Assembly (NCBI GenBank): GCA_963758525.1
Contig: CAVWVQ010000003.1
Span: forward strand, 1,952,001-2,016,000
Direction: 5' to 3'
DNA: 64,000 nt
Source: an uncultured Phycisphaerales bacterium
GTDB taxonomy: Bacteria; Planctomycetota; Phycisphaerae; Tepidisphaerales; Tepidisphaeraceae
The notes below the pieces were generated by a model. It was not told the DNA's origin. It ran no database searches and worked only from the letters and a program-made list of their open reading frames with translations. Position 1 is the stretch's first letter. The number at the start of each line of letters is the position of its first letter. Shown in pieces: positions 1 to 8,364 of this stretch. Position numbers and translations under genes: made by a program.

Positions 1-674
1 ATGTCGCAGAAGAGAATCAGCCGGGATTCGTCGGTGTCGTTATTGACGCTGTGAATGTAGGTCTCGTCAAAGATCACCGCTTCACCGTCGCGCCAGGCGT
101 AGGGATTGCCATCCACGTAAATCCGGCAGGCGTCGGAGTTGGGCGTTTTCAACCCCAGGTGATATCGCAATGAGCCGGCGAATGGATCTCGATGCTCCCC
201 CAGCTTGCTTTTGCCCGGCAGCAGCGCAAACAGCGCGGCATGCACCGACGGAATCGATTCGACCAGCTCCACGGTCTTTGGACAAATCTCCTTCGCCGAC
301 GGCATGAATTCATCGTACCACTTCAGATAGAATCGCTTCCAGCCGCGCTTGAAAAACGTGTTGAACGCCAGGTCATTATGCTTGTTCGATGCCTGGATGT
401 GTCCTCCCTCATACAGGCGAAGCGCCTCATCGCGAATCATGAGCCAGTTGTCTTTCAGCGGCTTGAGCTCGGGAAAATCCGCCAGGTCGAGAATCGGCTT
501 GTTGGAGACGCCCGAAAAAAGATAGACCAGCGCGTTGTAAGGCGCCATGAACGTGGAATGATCCGTTAATTGTCTCGAAAATTTGTGGCGCACCCTGCCG
601 CGAAAGTGAATGAACAGCGCGCAGGCGACCAGCAGCAGCAGCAAACCGAAAACGACAAATCGCGCGACATGCAT
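1..674 (-). CDS. lpxO: Aspartyl/asparaginyl beta-hydroxylase family protein (LpxO-like lipid A 2-hydroxylase), 3' end runs off the window
   Basis: Not in the ORF track; translated by hand from ATG at 674: MHVARFVVFGLLLLLVACALFIHFRGRVRHKFSRQLTDHSTFMAPYNAL...NDLAFNTFFKRGWKRFYLKWY...HRDPFAGSLRYHLGL...FDETYIH. The N-terminal TM helix and HxD...H Fe(II)/2-oxoglutarate motifs are typical of LpxO. Confidence 0.85.
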   Translation of the reverse strand, partial: MHVARFVVFGLLLLLVACALFIHFRGRVRHKFSRQLTDHSTFMAPYNALVYLFSGVSNKPILDLADFPELKPLKDNWLMIRDEALRLYEGGHIQASNKHNDLAFNTFFKRGWKRFYLKWYDEFMPSAKEICPKTVELVESIPSVHAALFALLPGKSKLGEHRDPFAGSLRYHLGLKTPNSDACRIYVDGNPYAWRDGEAVIFDETYIHSVNNDTDESRLILFCD

Positions 675-847
675 AGAACCTCAATGCCATCCGCCAAACG
701 CGGCGGGAACGACCGCCATCCGAGCGCACGATTATCCGGCAACGCGGCTGGGTTGGTCAATGACCACCATTCGCGAGAGCCTTCGACCGGGTGAGTCACA
801 TGACGCGCAGCCAGTTTCGATCATGTCGCTTCATGCACTTCTGACGA

Positions 848-1688
848 TCAGCCAAGTGAGCGCAACCCCATCAACAACCAAAGAAAACTCGTGCTCACGC
901 GGCGCCGTTCTCTTTCTTCCGACTCGGCCGATGCCGGCCGGTGGATCAACCGATAGATGCCGGCGCCATAGGGATCACCAAGTTCTTCGACGATGGGCAG
1001 CAGCCGCTCCAGGGTGGCGCGCTGACAGGCACGGCCCACGTCGAACCCGAGCAGCAAGGGGCGGGCAAATTCCCAATCGAAATGTCGTCGACGACTTGCG
1101 AGAGCGGTCCTTCAACCAGTTCCGACTCGCGTCCTTCCAGCGGATAGTTTTCCACAACATGCCACAAGTCGGAGAGATCGCGGCCATCCTGATCCTTGCG
1201 ATCCGAATAGGCGACGAATTTCAGCGCGACAAGCAGTGGAACTGTGGCAACAGGCAATTTCAAATCGGCCGCCAGGTCGACTTGGGTGGCGTGCTCAAAC
1301 GCGTCGGAAAACCCAAAAACATTCATCTGCATTCCACTAACCGCCGGCGAATATGGCCGTCGTCCTCAAGGCCGCCGAAGGGCACCAAATCAATCTTGGT
1401 ACGGCTCGAAACATGGACTAATTCATGCTCATAACGCCCCTGCACAAACGCATCAGCCTGTGCTTTGAGCCTTTCACACAATTGCCGAAAGGCATCCCAG
1501 TCGGATACGCAGACGCCGAAGTCCCAGTCGGTCGTGGTGCGATGGAGCGGTATTTTGTTTGGCAAGTTGAAAACGAGCCAGCGCGCACTTGCTCCGACGG
1601 CAAAGACAGGGATTCCCACTCCTTCCGCGGCCCGCAGCAGGCTGCGCAGACAGTTGAGCTCAGTGTCGGTTATTTGGTCGTTCATCAT
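848..1688 (-). CDS. AbiEii-like nucleotidyltransferase toxin (COG4849-like), split by two frameshifts
   Basis: Three consecutive ORF pieces (1323..1715, 946..1332, 848..1057) join into one NTase: VGASAR...RTTTDWDFGV...IDLVPFG...MNVFGF...LKFVAYSDR...DLSD...MLLGFDV. The start overlaps the stop of the upstream AbiEi-like gene. Confidence 0.75.
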
Positions 1689-2772
1689 CGAGGATCGGCG
1701 CCAGGTATTGGTCAAAGATCAATTTCGCCGTCTCCTGAAGTCGGTTGTCCGGCGCGCCGTGAAGCAATTCTGCGTAGACGAGCAGCGGATTAATGACACG
1801 TTCGTCTTCGTGCCGTTCCCAACGCCACGCCGACATCTCTCCGAATTGTTCGAGCAGGACGATGTTTCCTGTCCGGTCGGGAATGAGCCGCATTTCCTGA
1901 ATCAGGGGCAGCAGCGGACGATGCGGCCGAATGTGAAATGCGGCCGATTGCGGGCGCAGGTGTCTTGTGACGAGAGCGGCGGCCAACTCTCCACCGACCA
2001 AAACATCCTCAGCCATCGCCTTGGGAATTCGACCGGCAAGCTCCTCAACCGGGAGTTTATCTGCCTGCCGGAATGTCTGCGGCTTCAGCCGTGGCCTCAG
2101 CCGGGTTGCGTAGCCGAACTCCCAGTGTTCAAGGAGACTTCGGGAATTGACCAGCGAGTTTTGATCGGGTGCGACGAGCCGAATGAACCCGAGACTGCGA
2201 AGATCGCTGAGAATGCGTGATATGGAACCGAGCGAGAGCCCAGCTTGCTGTTCCAACTCCCGATACCGTTTATCGATCGCGTCTGGCCGGCTCAGAAGCA
2301 GTGCAATCAATTGCAGGCCGGTCGCCTGAAAAGCTCGCGTCACCCTCTCGGATCGCTGTATTGGCTTGAAGCCGCGAAGCCAAATGTAAACAAGCGGGTC
2401 GGCGACAAAAGAGGCGTTGCCCGCCAGATCCAGATAGGAGATGCCCGCCGCACGCAATCGATCCCCAAGCGAATCGTTGATGTACGGAGCCAGCAGCAGA
2501 GGCTTCATTCCGGAGACTGCTTCTCGTTCGCGCAGGCGATGGATGATCGATGCGAGAGCGTCTACATCAAGCCGGCGCTTGGTTTCGCAGAGATAGGAAC
2601 TGCTCTGGCCGCTGGGCGATCCAATAGTCAGGCATCCATCCAAGGAATCAGCTCCGGCCGCCTTGCTCGAGTGGTCGATAAGCTCTGTTTTGCCAAATCT
2701 TTGCAGCAGAGGCTCGCACTGCTCAAAGAGTGCAAGGCCTTGACGGTTTAGGGCGTCCAGTTGGAAATGCAT
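1660..2772 (-). CDS. Type IV toxin-antitoxin AbiEi-family antitoxin (COG4861-like)
   Basis: 370 aa with YLDLAGNA, an HTH-like YRELEQQAGLSLGSISRILSDL segment, GGELAA and PLLVYAELL motifs; coupled to the NTase gene. Confidence 0.8.
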   Translation of the reverse strand: MHFQLDALNRQGLALFEQCEPLLQRFGKTELIDHSSKAAGADSLDGCLTIGSPSGQSSSYLCETKRRLDVDALASIIHRLREREAVSGMKPLLLAPYINDSLGDRLRAAGISYLDLAGNASFVADPLVYIWLRGFKPIQRSERVTRAFQATGLQLIALLLSRPDAIDKRYRELEQQAGLSLGSISRILSDLRSLGFIRLVAPDQNSLVNSRSLLEHWEFGYATRLRPRLKPQTFRQADKLPVEELAGRIPKAMAEDVLVGGELAAALVTRHLRPQSAAFHIRPHRPLLPLIQEMRLIPDRTGNIVLLEQFGEMSAWRWERHEDERVINPLLVYAELLHGAPDNRLQETAKLIFDQYLAPILDDERPNNRH

Positions 2773-2779
2773 GTCGTTT

Positions 2780-2837
2780 CGTTGTTCACTATATTACACT
2801 GTTCATTCCGAATGAACAACGCAGAATCTGGAACAAC
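2780..2837. promoter_or_regulatory. Palindromic operator/promoter of the AbiE-like operon
   Basis: Perfect inner palindrome TGTTCATTC-C-GAATGAACA (2800-2818) and outer arms GTTGTTCA (2781-2788) / GGAACAAC (2830-2837), symmetric about 2809. A minus-strand -10-like TAATATAGT lies between the half-sites. Confidence 0.7.
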
Positions 2838-2905
2838 CACACCTCCTAATCGTCAAAACCGGCCTCCGGCTTGGTAAGGCGACGACAATTTCATGGGTCG
2901 CAATT

Positions 2906-4453
2906 TTACTCCCACTCAATCGTCGCCGGCGGTTTGCTGCTGATGTCATACACCACCCGGTTCACCCCCCTAACCTCGTTAATGATCCGATTACTCATCG
3001 TGGCCAATACATCAAACGGAATGCGCGCCCAGTCAGCGGTCATGAAATCCTGGCTCTCCACGGCACGAATTGCCACCACAGAATCGTAGCTCCGCGCATC
3101 ACCCATCACCCCCACCGTCCCGATCGGCAGCAGCACCGCAAACACCTGGGCTGTTTTTCGATAGAGATTCGCGGCGATCAATTCTTCCAGAACAATCTCG
3201 TCCGCGTCGCGCAACACGCGGAGCCGTTCCGGCGTGACTTCGCCGACCACACGCACTGCCAATCCTGGCCCGGGGAATGGATGCCGCCAGACGAGATTTT
3301 CGGGAAGACCGAGCACCTCACCAACTTTTCTCACCTCATCCTTGAACAACTCCCGCAATGGCTCGACCAGTTCGAATCCAAGCTGCTCCGGCAAGCCGCC
3401 GACGTTGTGATGGAGCTTGATGTTGGCCGCCGTCCCGGCATATCCATGGCCGCTTTCGATGACATCCGGATAGAGCGTCCCCTGTGCGAGATATTTGACG
3501 CCTTCAATCCCGCCGGCTTCGCGTTTGAATGCCTCTATGAACTCTTTGCCGATGATCTTCCGCTTTTGCTGCGGATCGATCACGCCTCTCAGCTCGCGGA
3601 GAAACTGCTCTCCGGTGTCGAGGACGCGCAGGTCGATCTTGAAATGATCGCGAAATGTCTGCTCCACGAGGTTTCGCTCGTTTTTGCGCAGCAGCCCGTT
3701 GTCAACGAAGATGCAGGTGAGACGGTCGCCCACCGCGCGATGCAGGAGTGCCGCCACGACGGAGGAATCGACCCCGCCGGAAAGTCCGCAGATCACCCGC
3801 CCCGAGCCGATCTGCTCGCGCGCCCGTCCGATCGCCTGCTCGGCAAAATTCCCCATGGTCCACGAGCCGGTGCATTTGCAGATGTCGTAGAGAAAGTTGT
3901 GAAAGATCTGCTCGCCGCGCGGCGTATGCGTCACCTCCGGGTGAAACTGCACGCCGTAAAACGGGCGCGTCCGATGCCGCGCCGCTGCATACGGACACGT
4001 CGGCGTCGTAGCCAACGCCGTAAATTCCTCCGGTAATTCGTGAATCTGATCGCCATGGCTCATCCAGACGGTCGTCTCCCTCGGCAACCCATGCACCAGC
4101 GCGTCCTTCTCATCGGTGACGCTCAGCTTCGCGCGCCCATATTCTCGAGCCTTGGCCGGCTTCACCTGCCCGCCGAGAATCTGCGCCCCCAGTTGCATGC
4201 CGTAGCAAATCCCCAGCACTGGAACGCCCAGATCGAAAATGTTGGGATCGCAGCGCGCGCGCCCTGCGTCATAAACGCTGCTGGGTCCTCCGCTCAGAAT
4301 CAACCCTTTCAGCTTGAATTTGCTCAGTTCCTCCGCGCTGATTTCCGGCCGGACCAGTTCACTGTAGACGCCCTTTTCGCGCATGCGCCTGGCAATGAGC
4401 TGCGCGTACTGCGACCCAAAATCCAGAATGGGAATGACTTCGTCGTGCTGCAT
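2906..4453 (-). CDS. guaA: GMP synthase (glutamine-hydrolyzing)
   Basis: [49 protein letters not shown] and C-terminal KPPATIEWE motifs. Confidence 0.99.
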   Translation of the reverse strand: MQHDEVIPILDFGSQYAQLIARRMREKGVYSELVRPEISAEELSKFKLKGLILSGGPSSVYDAGRARCDPNIFDLGVPVLGICYGMQLGAQILGGQVKPAKAREYGRAKLSVTDEKDALVHGLPRETTVWMSHGDQIHELPEEFTALATTPTCPYAAARHRTRPFYGVQFHPEVTHTPRGEQIFHNFLYDICKCTGSWTMGNFAEQAIGRAREQIGSGRVICGLSGGVDSSVVAALLHRAVGDRLTCIFVDNGLLRKNERNLVEQTFRDHFKIDLRVLDTGEQFLRELRGVIDPQQKRKIIGKEFIEAFKREAGGIEGVKYLAQGTLYPDVIESGHGYAGTAANIKLHHNVGGLPEQLGFELVEPLRELFKDEVRKVGEVLGLPENLVWRHPFPGPGLAVRVVGEVTPERLRVLRDADEIVLEELIAANLYRKTAQVFAVLLPIGTVGVMGDARSYDSVVAIRAVESQDFMTADWARIPFDVLATMSNRIINEVRGVNRVVYDISSKPPATIEWE

Positions 4454-4705
4454 AGGAATGAACTACCGAATTCGGCCTGCGAATGCAAAGCGATCAAGCC
4501 GCTCCGACCGCGGGCCCAGTACTTTCTCAGGTGGTTCCAGCCGACTGCTTCGGATCGGCCTGCACGGCGGGGTAAGCTTTTTTGCCTGACGTCCCGTGTG
4601 GCGTTACTCTCGATAGAACGTCATCTTTCATGCCAGACTGGAGCCGCGGTGGACCGACTCGGGCGCCATCGCTTGCAGGCTAATACGGATTTGCGTTAAG
4701 CCTTC

Positions 4706-4948
4706 ATGGAGCAATTTATGAAACCTCCCGTTGCCGTGGCAACGATAATTGCAGGCGCGCTCATCCTCTTGGCGCCGTACATCAGCAACGCCATCGGAAC
4801 GGCGATTGTTGCCTCGACCATCGCGCGTGTCGGGAAAGGTGTTGATCTTACAGGCAGTATGCCGAGCTGGTACGACGCCGCTTGTTTTGTGACCGGAATC
4901 CTGATGATTTCCGTCGGCATCGCTTCGTCACTTCGGCGGGAGCCATAA
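4706..4948 (+). CDS. Small membrane protein with two TM helices
   Basis: 80-aa ORF with two hydrophobic segments (VAVATIIAGALILLAPYI; AACFVTGILMISVGIA), divergent from guaA. Confidence 0.6.
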   Translation: MEQFMKPPVAVATIIAGALILLAPYISNAIGTAIVASTIARVGKGVDLTGSMPSWYDAACFVTGILMISVGIASSLRREP

Positions 4949-5040
4949 GTACCTGCGATCTGGGAGGGAGTTGTCGTGGCTCAGCGACCGCGACGCGATG
5001 CGTTGTGACCGTAATTTTTGTTACTAGCAACGGCTTCTGG

Positions 5041-5162
5041 CCTCTTCTGCCGGTACTCGGAGAGAAGGTGAGGGTGATTCCGACTACCAAAGTGACTCGA
5101 CGCTCGAAAGCACTCGAAAGCACCCTCACCCCAGCCCTCTCCCGGAGTACCAGGAGAGGGGG
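5041..5162. repeat. REP-like palindrome doublet, family A (CCCCTCTCCCGGTACTCCGGGAGAGGGCTGGGGTGAGGG)
   Basis: Two inverted units flank a spacer. Related copies lie at 19648-19681, 29154-29182, 39625-39741, 44510-44549 and 58602-58633. Confidence 0.8.
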
Positions 5163-5331
5163 CAAGAAGCGACGATTGCGACTATTGAGGCATTGCACCC
5201 CTGCTTTCTCCCGCCTTTCAGAGAAATCATTTTTCTCTGGGATTTATGGGGATAAATGTTACTTTAGACTACGCCGCTCGCGGCATTTGCACGGGTTCAC
5301 ATCATCGACCCCTTTTGAAGGAGTTGTTCCC

Positions 5332-5568
5332 ATGAAAGAGTCTGCTTCTGCTGTTGCGGTTCTGCTTCCCGAGGCTCGCCAAGGGGAATCCGCAGGTGAG
5401 ATGCGCGTCAGCCTTGAGGCCCCCAGGTCGGCCATTCGCGATTTCGCCCATGTGCAAAACGGTTGGGGGAAGTGCTCGAAGAACGGGTGCAACTGCAATA
5501 CCTTCGAAGGCTACGGCGGCACCTGCGCCAACAGCGGTTGCGGACACAGTTTCGAAGATCACTGGTGA
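5332..5568 (+). CDS. Small protein with C-terminal Cys/His-rich putative metal-binding motif (78 aa)
   Basis: GAAGGAG RBS before ATG 5332; ends in CSKNGCNCNTFEGYGGTCANSGCGHSFEDHW. It is the 3' part of track ORF 4882..5568, whose 5' part reads through a REP. Confidence 0.65.
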   Translation: MKESASAVAVLLPEARQGESAGEMRVSLEAPRSAIRDFAHVQNGWGKCSKNGCNCNTFEGYGGTCANSGCGHSFEDHW

Positions 5569-5580
5569 TGAGCACTCTCT

Positions 5581-8364
5581 CTACTGCGCGCCGAGCCGGT
5601 AGACATCGACCGCGCCTTGCGAATCAAAGACCGCGACCTCCGAGTTGCCGGCGGGTAGGACGGCTATTGGAACGCGGCTCACGTCAAACGCGCTGAGGAA
5701 CGCGAGCTTGGCGCCGCTGCGACGATAGATGTGTCCCTTGCCGCCGCCGATGGCGACGATAGACCCTTCGGGCGTGAAGCAGGTCACCACGTCCGCCAGG
5801 TCCAAAGCAATAAACTGATACTCGCCGGATTCCTGCACCACGGCGCAGCCGGAATCGAAGGCGGCGATCATTCGCGAAACAGTGAAGGGGGGATTCGGCG
5901 TCAATCGACGCACTGGGAACGGCAGTTCGATGACAGTCGACCGCGAGCTTGCGGCGTCAAAGCGGATGAGTTGATTGCCGCGGCCGATAAAGACCTTGCC
6001 CTTGCGCGCGGCCATGGGAACTGGAAGGGCCGCGTTCTCAATTGGTCCGGATTCCAGCGATATCGAATGGCTGGAGAGCACCGTCCCGGCGGCGGCGCAA
6101 CCGGCCAGTGTCATATCCGCCGCGTCGCCCCCGTGAAGAACCCAGGTAGTCCCGTTTTCGTCCCTGCATGCGCCGACGCACGTTGAGTCCATGTACGCCG
6201 GCGTGTCGACGATCATCGCGTCCTGAAACACGTCAATTCGCGGCAGGTTGAATGGTCCGATTCGATGGTCGAAGCCGACCTTGAGCGCGGCGAGCACCGC
6301 ATCGGAACCGTGTCCCGGCGCCAGCAAAAGATAATTGCGTACGATTTGAGGAAGTGAGCAGGAGGCGCTGACCGTCCGTCCGTCCCAAACGCCTCGCACC
6401 AGCGTGCAGCGCATCCCGCGCGTGCCCAGGGCAAGGAATCCGCCCGGAATGGATACCACCGTGCGGACCTCGTGGCTTTCGATGAGGCGAAACGACCTGG
6501 CAAGCGTCGGAGATCCCTTGACCGCGATCGGGGTTGTCCGCGGAGCGGGCGCCGGCTTTGAGTTCACACTCGAGAGGAACCGATTCCCATCCCGGGCCAG
6601 CAACTGATCCGCCGGAACAAGCGCGGTGACCGCAGTGACCAATGCGCGGCGCTCGGATGCGTCAGCCGACGAAAGGCGGTTCCCCGCCAGCACGCGAGCG
6701 CCGTCGGCAGAGCGGGCGCGGACGTTCGGGTTGGGATAGCCCGACGCGACGGAGCAGAAACTTTGCACCAGCGTGAGGTTCAGCGCGGAAGGAGACGGGC
6801 GATCGCGCAGCGCCGCGACTCGGCTGATCGCATCGTCGTGACGGCCGAGCCGGCCGCACATCGCGAACCATTCGCGCAGGCAGATGCCGGCTTTGTTCGA
6901 CTCGGGCCAGGTTGATGCGAGCAGGGCCATCGCCTGGTCCGGCTCAGCGAGCTTTCTCTCCAGAAGCAGCGCCGCCGCGAGTACGTCGTTGCGATGCAGC
7001 AGTTGCGCCACAGCCTGGCGGTAACATTCGCGCGATTCTTCCATCTGCCCGAGCCGTTCGTGCAGTCCCGCGGCGGTTTCGTGCAATTGCAGCGAACGAT
7101 AGAGAGGAATCGCTTCCAGCAGCAGGCCGCCTTCAGTGAGGCAATCGGCGGCCGCCCTGGGATTCTTCAACTGCGATTGGTAGATCGCTGCCGCTTCGCG
7201 GAACAACCGGCCGCGCTTAAGCGCGTCGGCCGCCGCGCCAAAATCTCCCAGCAGGTGCGCGAAGATGTACGCCGCCCGGGAGAACCGGCCGAGGTTCAGC
7301 TCGCGGTTGGCCGACTCACGATAACGGTCGCGAAGCTGCTTCTGGAGGTCGCCCGGAACCGCCCAATTGTCACTGGGGCGATCGCCCCCGAACAATTTCG
7401 AAAGGTTGAAGTCGACCGAGCGACGGCCCAGCGAATCGCTCGGAGGTGCCACGCCGCGACTGGCGACATCGCGCAGGGGCAGCGCGAACTGCAGCCCGGT
7501 ATCCGGGTCGGACTGCAGGAGCTTGAGCAGGCGGTTGAGCTCGCGATTGCGACGCTCCTGCAGCGCTTCGTCGATCGCCTTCAGTTTTGCTGTCGCCCAG
7601 CGTCGCAGCGGTCCGGCTTGCCGAGGAGGTTTTGCGCCCTTGGCGGCGGAGGGACCCTTCGCAGGCGGGGAAGATCTGCCGGACAACAGCCGCACCAGCG
7701 CCTTCATCAACGGCTGAACTGCTTTCCTGACCGCGTGCCCCATCGCATCGCGCAGCGGCGATTCATCGGGCGCAGGGGGCAGAGTTTCCTCGACGCCCGA
7801 GCCGATGTCGTCCCGGCCCATGTCGAGAATCTCCTGCATCGAGGGCAAAGCAGCGGCCAGCACGGACACCAGCGGAGGCCGTTGCGAAATCCCGGCTTCG
7901 GCCCGGCTCCAATCCGCCGGCCGCCGCGGCGGCGGGGCCAGCAGCGACTCAACGGCAATCGCATCCTCCGCGCGGAATCCGACGAGTCCCGCCGCCGGGT
8001 GCAACACCTGCACGTCCCACAAAAGATTCTCCCGCAGCTCTTGAGGTGAAATCTCCGGATCGAGACGAGCGTCCAACGGGTAGAACAGCCGGTTCTCAAG
8101 CTGCGCATAAGGCAGCGCCGCCGACACACTGGGCTTCCCCGCTTTCAACACCACCAACACGCCGCAGGGCCGCGGATCATCGATTCCACTGGGGAGTACA
8201 TAAAGTTGCGCATCGACCAATGACACATTCCACTGGGTAATTTCGTCGAGCCACCGTTCGATCTCCTCGCCCGGCGCGAACCACGCCGCCGCGTCGCGCG
8301 ACCGCCCCGGCGCGAGATTCATCGCCAACGAAAATTCGACGAGCCGCGGCTTCGGCGCCATCAT
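5581..8364 (-). CDS. bpX3-like N-terminal domain + TPR-like helical region + C-terminal beta-propeller (MoxR-vWA-beta-propeller ternary system)
   Basis: 927 aa: VLHPAAGLVGF, RELNRLLKLLQSDPDTGLQFALPL, GRFSRAAYIFAHLLGDFGAAADAL helical repeats and a beta-rich C-terminus; last gene of the operon. Confidence 0.75.
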   Translation of the reverse strand: MMAPKPRLVEFSLAMNLAPGRSRDAAAWFAPGEEIERWLDEITQWNVSLVDAQLYVLPSGIDDPRPCGVLVVLKAGKPSVSAALPYAQLENRLFYPLDARLDPEISPQELRENLLWDVQVLHPAAGLVGFRAEDAIAVESLLAPPPRRPADWSRAEAGISQRPPLVSVLAAALPSMQEILDMGRDDIGSGVEETLPPAPDESPLRDAMGHAVRKAVQPLMKALVRLLSGRSSPPAKGPSAAKGAKPPRQAGPLRRWATAKLKAIDEALQERRNRELNRLLKLLQSDPDTGLQFALPLRDVASRGVAPPSDSLGRRSVDFNLSKLFGGDRPSDNWAVPGDLQKQLRDRYRESANRELNLGRFSRAAYIFAHLLGDFGAAADALKRGRLFREAAAIYQSQLKNPRAAADCLTEGGLLLEAIPLYRSLQLHETAAGLHERLGQMEESRECYRQAVAQLLHRNDVLAAALLLERKLAEPDQAMALLASTWPESNKAGICLREWFAMCGRLGRHDDAISRVAALRDRPSPSALNLTLVQSFCSVASGYPNPNVRARSADGARVLAGNRLSSADASERRALVTAVTALVPADQLLARDGNRFLSSVNSKPAPAPRTTPIAVKGSPTLARSFRLIESHEVRTVVSIPGGFLALGTRGMRCTLVRGVWDGRTVSASCSLPQIVRNYLLLAPGHGSDAVLAALKVGFDHRIGPFNLPRIDVFQDAMIVDTPAYMDSTCVGACRDENGTTWVLHGGDAADMTLAGCAAAGTVLSSHSISLESGPIENAALPVPMAARKGKVFIGRGNQLIRFDAASSRSTVIELPFPVRRLTPNPPFTVSRMIAAFDSGCAVVQESGEYQFIALDLADVVTCFTPEGSIVAIGGGKGHIYRRSGAKLAFLSAFDVSRVPIAVLPAGNSEVAVFDSQGAVDVYRLGAQ

